DNA of 54,336 nt, taken from IMG/VR virus record IMGVR_UViG_3300017788_000031, positions 1 to 54,336 of that record; one strand, given 5' to 3'. Positions 43,137 through 52,100 of this stretch are shown here, in pieces. Under the pieces are notes generated by a model. The model ran no database searches and was not told where the DNA came from. It saw only the letters and a program-made list of their open reading frames with translations. Each line of letters opens with the position of its first letter. Positions within the stretch are counted from its first letter, which is position 1. The DNA comes from a virus. Taxonomy: Duplodnaviria; Caudoviricetes. The translations under genes were made by a program, and so were the position numbers.

Positions 43137-46100
43137 TTACTCACCAAACTTTTTGCTTCCGAATCCTCCTGATTGTTTCTTAGTCTCGCCTCCAAGCTTC
43201 TTGCTACCAAAACCACCTGACTTCTCTTGTGTTTTCTTTGGAGTGTAGTTATAGAACTCATCCTTACGTCTGCGCTCCAAGTCCTCCTTCTCTTTCTCAA
43301 TCTTCTTCTTGGCCTGCTCAGCATCATATCCGGGAGACTTTTCACCAAAGACCTGTTCATAAAGCTCAGGGTTGTAACGCTTCATATCGGTCTTGTTCTC
43401 GTAGCCGTGTAGCATTTCCTTCTCAGCCTGCTTCTTGTCCGCAGCCTTCTTGTCTGCGTTCTCAAGGTCTTTATACATTTGGTCCATCACAACTTTGCGT
43501 ACATCCTTGTAGAGTGGAATGTATCCCAAATGACCCAACACCTCAAGTGGTATTCTTATCTGAGTCTCTTGCTTGCCTCTCTCAATAGCGTCCTCTTTTT
43601 TCTTTGGGGCCTCAAACATCTTACGTGCAATGAGGTCAGCGGTTTTGAGTGAGGGGCCAAACGAGCCACCCATCTGAGTGATAAAGTCAGTGAGGTTTGT
43701 CTTGTGTCCCTTGCGTTCTTTCGGAATGATAGAGTATGAGATGGCATCTTTGTATGGGTCGTAGTCTCCCTCACGCAGTGCGGTCAGGAACTCTTTATTC
43801 ATTTCCTCAACACCATAGTTAATCAAGCTCTTTGTCGCATTGCCAAAGTTTCTACCAAGAATAAGACCCGTTCCTGTTGAGGCGAGAGACTGCCCAAACT
43901 TTTGCATAAATGTCTTCTCATCATCCTTGTCATCATCAGCAAACAGACTGAGCATAGCATTACCCAACATCTGAGATAGTAATGTATATACTGTCATCCT
44001 TGTTGCAACACCTGCAAGCAGTGCATAACCTTGCCTCTTTGTAATCATACCATTTCCCATCGCTGCGTATATACCCTCGCGTGCGGTGGTATATTCATAG
44101 ATGGCAAAGCGAGTCATAAAGTTGTTGAAGTTATTGAACGCCCTTGTGAACCCGCTTTGATTTGGCTTGACCGTACCTTTGAGCATACCCATAAATGGAT
44201 TGTCGGTAGCACCAACTCTTACGGACATTCTATCAGCTTCATCAGTAGCTTTAGTAATTGCATCCTTGTGCTCGTTCATATACGCCTCATCATTGGCGGC
44301 TACTTTATCCAAGTCAATGTCTTGACCTGTTTCCTTTTTGAAAGCATTGGCGTATACACCCATCCAAAATGGACGCATCACTAATTTATCGGGAGTAGAT
44401 ATCAGCGTGTCGGCAGTCAACTCGACAAAGTTTTTGTACTTCTTGAGTGAGTTGTTATATATTTTGTTTACAACATTAGCGACATCTCCTTTTGCTGTTG
44501 CTGATTTTATACCTGTTGTTTGACCAAGTACAGATGTGTCTATAAACTTACCTGACAAAGCCTGACCTCCATACAACCTATTTGTCTGAACACTTTTTGA
44601 GTTCTTCATAATGTTCTCAGCGTCCACTCCATTCATTTTCTTGAACAGCTTTACACCATCAGCAAATGACTTAGGGTCAAAGATTATAGTTCCAAAATTG
44701 GACGTAAGTTCAGATATAAACCTTGGCACGCTCGCAAGGATTGCTCGGTATCCTGTCTTGGAGATAAAGTTTATAATCTCTTCAGCACGCGAGTCGGTTA
44801 TCATATTATTGGTAAGCACGTTTGCTACCACTTCATCGAATGCTGACTCAATAGAATTGAACACTTCTCTTTCTGACTTTGGAATGCGACCATCCTTTTC
44901 CAACTCAATCCGGGTCTGACTGAGAGTCTTGCGACCTGTGCGTATTGGTTGAGTCATTGTGTAATCCAACAACACGAACTTAGCTCCACGCTGAGCAGAA
45001 GCAAACACGTCAAAGTTCATAGGAGATACTTTGTTTGTTCTCTCTATGAGTGATTGAGCGCGAGTGGATGGACGCATTGAGCTGTTGTATGCGTCAGCCG
45101 TCTGTACTCCTGTTGCCCTCTCATCAGGGTTGAACTCGTGCATCACATAGTGGTGAACGTAATTGTTGAGCGGATTGATTCTGTCTCCTCGTATAACAGC
45201 GGCAGTATATACCGCCTTGTCACGCAGAGACTCATTGATTTCCTGAATGGTTTTTATTGCGGCTTTTTCTGCGGGATTAAATGAGTTATACAATCTCTCA
45301 TTATCAATCTCTCCATCAGTAGAATACTCTGTAAGTATTTTCTGAAGCATATCAGCTTCTTTGTCTCCATACTTTGATTTACCTTTATCAATGTGTTTGA
45401 TAGTAGCCTTCAATACTTTTGACTCAGGATGTACTTCCTTATTTCCGGGATTGCTTTCGTACTCAAGCTGCAACATATAGGTCATCATCTTGAACGAAGA
45501 AAACAGCGTAGCATTTGATTCGTTTCCATATGACTTCGCAACCGCATCGTGAGCCTTATCCAATAGCTTATTTACCTTATTGATTTCAGAATCAAATAAA
45601 GCCTGAGCCTTTGCCATTCCTTCAAACAAAGACTTGTATATGTTCTTTGTTTTAAAGTCGCCAAAGATTTGGTCCATATTGTAAAGAGGATTGCGCCTAA
45701 TCATTTCTGAAATAGCCCCCTTCTTAGTGATTGCACTTTTGATTCGAGAGTACGCTTTCTCAAACATTAAAGGAACAGATGTCTTAACTGACTCCATTAA
45801 AGATGATGCGTTCTTAAATGAGTCAAGTCTCTCTACTGTCAACTGAGCATAGTGAGGAAGGTATCCGTTGTCGATGTTGTCAATCAACTTGATTACGTTC
45901 TTCAGCTGAGGTATGGTCAACTGCTTGAGTAGCTCAGGCTTGAGCAGCGCCTTCAGTTCTTTCGCTAAGTTTCTCTCGTCTCTTGATGGCAGTCTTCCGT
46001 CATTTACATCCAATGAATTTATCACTGAGATAAGAACGTTTTTTTCCTGCTCAATCTCAGCCTCAGTCATCTCAGGCTTCTCAACCTTAGGCAGGATGAG

Positions 46101-49100
46101 CCGCTTGTACTTCTGCATCAACTTGGCATCATCCTCGGTGATAACATCCTCCTCCTGCATCTGAGCAAGTGTGGCTGCATAGTCCAACTTGCCATCATCA
46201 TCAAATACCTTGTCGGCATAATTCTCAAATCGGATAGCCAACTCCTCAGCCAATGACACCTCCTCATCCACAGCGGTCAGTATCTCATCAGCGGTAGCGA
46301 TGACGTTTGTTACCTCATCAAGTTTCAACACCGTTGCTTTCTCGCCAAACATCTCAACGAGTGACAGGTACTTATCCAACACCGCATCAGGGATGAGGTT
46401 TGGGTTGATGGCAAACAACTGCTCAAGCAGAGGAGCCGCTGCCTCGGAGATACCAATCTTAGTGCGGATGTTTTTCTTAGCAGTTGAAAGGAGTCTGCGT
46501 GCGCGTTCAATCTTTTCAGCGTAGTTGGCATCCTCAAATACCTTGGTCATATAGTCAACGAACTTGTCTATTGACTCTTCGTTGAACATATTCACGTTGG
46601 CAAATCTTCTCAGGATAGAAGCCACTTGCTTGGTGTTTACCTTCCCTGACAATCGCTGTTCTGCAATCTCAGCCGTGAGTTCTCTGTTGGCTGCTCTCCA
46701 AGCGGCAACCGCTGTGCGTGCGCCTCTTGCCAAGCTCTTTATCTGTTGCTTGAGCAGTTCCTTCTCGCTGAGTGTAATGTTCTTGATGTCCTTGATAGTT
46801 CCAAGCAAGCGACCAACTGATGGTGCTGACTTGATTCTCTTACCGAACTCAGTCTGTACATTACGAACCAACTGCTCGCGCTGCGTGTCATTGGCTCTCT
46901 CGTAAACCGCTGAGGTTTGCAAGTAGTCCATCACGCCTTTCATAATGCGCTCGTTGGATGCGCCACGTCTCTTGGTTCTCTCGATGATAGCGTTCACCTC
47001 CTCAAGCATACGGTCATATCCGGGGATGGTGTTGACATTCTCTTCGAGTCTGCCTGCCCCCAAGTTTATACGCTGAGACTTTACAATTCTTTCTTTTGGA
47101 ACTACGTATTCATAATGATACTGCCACGTGGCTTTAGAATTTTCCCTATCTCCTACTACTTTTGCTAATCCTTTTCTCTCTAAAGACCTCCACAAAGCCT
47201 CAGCAGCATCTGAACGAGTGGTATCTGAAATTAATTTTTTTCCATATTTGTTCTGTAGTTCTTCAGCCAATAAGCCATATGCTCTTGTGCCTATTCCCTT
47301 CCCTTGGTTTTTGTCTTGAGATAAAATGACATTGCCTTTAAATTTATTAGGAAATATTTTCTCTAAAACTTTTAACACAAGTTCAATCAGAGAGTCTAAT
47401 TCAGTTTTGTTTTTAACTCCCGGGAACAAACCTGATATGGCTATTTTTAAATCATCTCCTCTTGAATCTAATTGTATATATCCAAGCGTCTTTCCTTCAA
47501 ACAATATATCATAATGTTTCCAAGGTGCACTTCTGCTTTCATTTTGTTTTACCTCTATACGGTTTAAGTCTACTGTCAACTTTTTACCATTGCGATAAAA
47601 AGTTATTTTATTCTCAAGACCTGTCTTACCTGATATTTGAGGTTTTACTCTGAACGGATTCACGAAGCGGCCATTGCCATCAACGATGAATACGCCACCG
47701 CCTCTACCTTGCTCGTCCACTCTTGCTCGTCTTGTTGAGTAGCCGAGCGGCTCAAGTTCCTTTCTCATTGCTGAGTCATTCACCTGCTTGGGAGCAAAGC
47801 CTTGGTTGTTGACGTTATAACGCTGAGCAACCTTCTTCACCTGCTCAAATCCTGTGTTGCCTGACTTCTGAAACTTGACGTAGATGTCAGTGTCACCAAA
47901 CTCTTTCTTGGCTTTCTTGCTCTTCTCGTATATCTCTCTGAACTCAGGGTCAGTAAGACTCTTGCTTGAGCGTGAGGTAAGCATATCAACACCACCGAAT
48001 GTACCACCGTCAGTGTGCAATGGCATACCATCTTTGTATCCCCAATTCGCAATTCTTATAAAGTCAGGCCATAGCACATCATAGTTTATGATGTCTTGTA
48101 GTCCATACTTCATAAGTACGTCCTGCAACTGTGAGCGATGGTTATCAAAATCTCTCTGACTAAATCCTTGCAGGTCGCTAATCATATCAGCTGCACGTGC
48201 CTCACCGATTTGGTCACCATCTTCATTGTAGGTTGGAACCATATCATTGGCACGTAGCGGGTTTGCTTTTTCAGTTACGACATAGTTGAGGCCACGCTCA
48301 AATACTTTCGGGATTACATTGTTGTATGCATCACCTTCATAGATGTTCTGCTCAAGGCCACGCGCAGTCTTGGCAACCTTTAGAACCTTGCCGTCACCCA
48401 AGTCAAAGACAACGCGGTCACTGCCTGAGCCTATCTTTTTTAATCTGTAGATGTTGAAACGCTCACGTGCTACCTTGTCGGTATCGTATTGGAATCCGAT
48501 GTTTGCATCCTCCTCCGTTCTGAACAGCGATGTCCCTTCAGATGCGACCTGACTCTTTACTCTTGGCTTTCCCTGCTTTGGTTTTTCGATTGTTTCGGTG
48601 ACTCTTTTAAGCGCTTCTTTATTAGTCCCGCTAACTGACTCCCCAACTGTGGTATCTGTTTCTCCGACACTTCGTTGAGCACGTTCTCTTCCTCTTGATA
48701 AGGCTTGATTGATTGCTGTTTCATTTACTCCAAGTTTTGTGGCAAGTTTTTTTGCCGCGTTAAAATAATCAGGTGCTGACTCTGAGGTGTATCCTTCAGA
48801 TGCTTCCTCAAAAGTTTGACCTCCCTTAAATGATTCGTATAATATCTTCTCAGGATACCAAAGCACGGCCTGTAAGTCAGCCATTGTGATGTCTATGTTG
48901 TTCTCTTTTTTTAATCTGCGAGCAACATCAGTAAACACATCACGGATAAACTTTCTTTCGTTACCATTAGCAGGCGCTTCTTTCTCCCCTGATATATTTT
49001 TTGATAAAGAGTTGCCTGCCTTTCTTAATTCATCGGTATTAGGGTTAGAGGCAAGCACTTCTCTTTTTTTGGTATCCATACTTACCTTCTCAATAGTTTT

Positions 49101-52100
49101 GGCAAGGTCAGCAGGGGATACTCCACTTAGTTTTGGAACCACTGACTTCAGTATTGCAAGAGCTTCGGGGTCAGACTTGATAGCATCTAACGCATTAGAC
49201 ACTCTCTTTTTACCTTCATTAATTGCGGCCTTGTCTGTTTTTAAAAGAGTACCCGTAAGTCTACCCCACGTGCGCATAAACCATCTATCCATTGTCAGTT
49301 GGTCAAACTGCCCCCACAGATTCATATAAAATCCATTTCCGATTTTTGGTCCGAGTATAACCGCTCCGTAAACCATCTCATCGGCCAACTCTCCTGACGC
49401 AAGATTCTTTACCTTGCCGTCAATCTTTACCTTCAAATCACCTGCTCGGTATTTTGATGTAAGGAATGTATTTATATCGGACATTGTTAGTCCATTATCC
49501 AACAAAGAGTTTATGAGCAGTATAGATTTCTTTATCCCCGACTGCTGTAATCCAAAGCCCCCGTTAGGATTAAACCTTCCGTTCTTTTTGAAATAGTCAT
49601 ATTGTTTTTCAGCAAGGTCAAAGTTGAAATCAACCAAGTTGCCATTTGACATTACAGCCAATGGCAAGATGAAAGAACCTCTCGCTTCTTTATCAGTTGC
49701 TATCTCAGGATGGATTGCAGAGATGACATCTAAAGCTGAGCGAGTCTTCTCATCGTACCAACCAATAGCTTCGGGATGTTCTTCAATTGCTTTTACCGCT
49801 TCAGCTGTTATGATGTCTGATAGATACTTCTTAGTTAACGCATCATTCTTTGAAGGGTTAAATGCTTTGCCATACTTCTTCTTTAGTTCAGGGATATAAG
49901 AGGTAAACAAATCCTGTACAGCTTTTTTGAACTGTATCTTGTTATCAAAAGATGACTTGCTTGCAAATCCTTTTACATTATCAAAGTATACAGGATTATT
50001 TTCAAACCCCGTCTTGCCTGCTTGTTGAAATTTTATACTTGGATTAGCGTTATCAAAGGTCGTGTTACTGCCATCGGCAAGTTTGATTTGTTTTGAATCA
50101 AATACTACAATTTCATTTAACTGTTTTCCGGGAAGATAAGATATTAAACCATCAATTTTATTTTTGACAAGTAGATTGTAGTTTTCTTCTGTTAGTCTAT
50201 TTGAAAAAATTATCTTGCCGTCAACACTAAAGTCAACTCCATTGTCGTTCACTAAGGGGTTTAACGATTTTAAGAAAACTTCATAGACTTCTCCGTTTGC
50301 GTCAGCGTATTCTTTTGCTGCTTGATATCCTCCAAAATAAAATCCCTTTTTTGTATGAGAAAATCTCTTTATTGATTCGTCAAATCGGTCAAACCTTTTG
50401 TTTTCAAACTCGGTCCATTTTTTATTTTCATCAAATCTATATGTATACTTTGGACTTCCGTGATACACAACCAATGGCTCGCCATTCTCGTCAACAACCT
50501 TACTTGCATTTTTGGGGTCGTTTTCCCAATCTCCAAACCACGCCTTAAATTCGGGTGTCCGAACTAATTTATATTGCTCGGCAGTCAAATTGCTTGGCTT
50601 TCCATTAGGAGCAAACCCCGTCTTGCCTGCTACCTGCGGCTTAACCCTCGGTCCTCCCTCGCCTTGACGCTGCTCTTCATTTCTGAAAAAGTCAGCGATG
50701 CTCTCACCGCGTGACATACGGTCGGAGATGGCTACCATAAAGTCAAGCACATCCTCAGGGGTAGCATCCTCCAAGAATATAGGCTGACCCGTAATGCGCT
50801 TAGCAAACTCGTTGAACAAGTCCTTCAGTTGCTGAAGTAGTGTTCGGTTGTTAATACTACGAGGGTCAAGACCTGAAGCCGTGAGATAAGCACCGAGCTG
50901 AACCATCCACTCCTCAGCTTGTGTATCTGATTGTTTATATCCTTCGCTATCTACAAAGTCATCTAACTGACGAACCACATCGTCATATCCATTGTCAAGG
51001 AGAATCTGACGCACACGTCCTTGAAACTCTTTGAACAATTGAGGGTTGTCACCAAATGCCTTGAAGAATATTCCGTGCCACGCCTCGTGTGGAAGTGTGG
51101 TCGCGTCTGCTGACCCATCATTTACAAGAATAGCAACAGGCTTATTTGATTGGTCATATATAATTACACCTGCATCTCCGCTGCCAAAAACTTTAGACAC
51201 TTCATTGCCAAACTCGCGCTCAGCATATGCTTTCATCTCTGCGAGGTTCTTATGGTTGGTCACCTTTATCTCAGGCATAACCGACATAAGAGACTGAATG
51301 GTGTTTTTGAATATGCCTGCCTTGGTGGTTGCCCTCTCGGGTCGTGCCTGTTGCTCAGCCTCCTGCTCAAGCTGTGTCTTTAAAGACACTTGAACAGCGT
51401 CAACCGCACTAAGCTGTGCAGGTGTACGCTCAGCCTCAGGTGTAGCCATCGCCTGATGATACAGGTCAGATAGCATCTGCTCATTCCCCATCACAGGTGT
51501 CTCCGTCCCATCCTCCTGCATAAAGGTGATGTTTGTCTTCTCCTCAGATGGCAGTTCGTTGAGCGCAGTGGTTGTTGTCTCAGGTGTTGATAGGATAGTT
51601 GCCTGCTGAGTTGGAGCCGGGGCAACAGCGGGAGTGGCGAGAGTTGTTATCTCATTAAGAATCTCTGCCTGCCTCTTTGCTAAATCTGTTTGCTCCCATC
51701 TTTTTTGTAGCTCATCATTTAACTCTTGCTCAGTATTAAAAAACTCTACAGTATTAGTTACTTCATCAAGAATACCATCAGTGCCTACCTTGCTTCTTTC
51801 TTCAAAATTACTTCTCTCTTGAGTGAGTTGATTATACTCAGACATCAAGGTCTCTATCTCAGTAGCTTTATCAGGGTCAACCTGTATCTCATTGCCTGTT
51901 GGGAGAGTGACGGTACGTGTGCGAGTGGCTGCCTTATCAGATAGCGCTTCCAACTCTGTGTTGATGTCATTGATTCGGTTACGCTGTCTGCGTGTAAGCG
52001 CCTCATCCTTGCCGCTAATCTGTTGCTCCAAGTCACGCTTCTCCTTGAGCAGGTTCATCGCTTCCTTCTTCTCATTGGTGTCAAGGTTCTCAGGCAATGA

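Noticed and set aside
44307-44321. GQDIDLDK in the giant protein as a crAss-like virion RNA polymerase DxDxD motif
   Set aside because: It lies in a helical C-terminal region with no other recognisable polymerase motif, and host-type promoters are abundant. A structure prediction showing double-psi barrels would overturn this.
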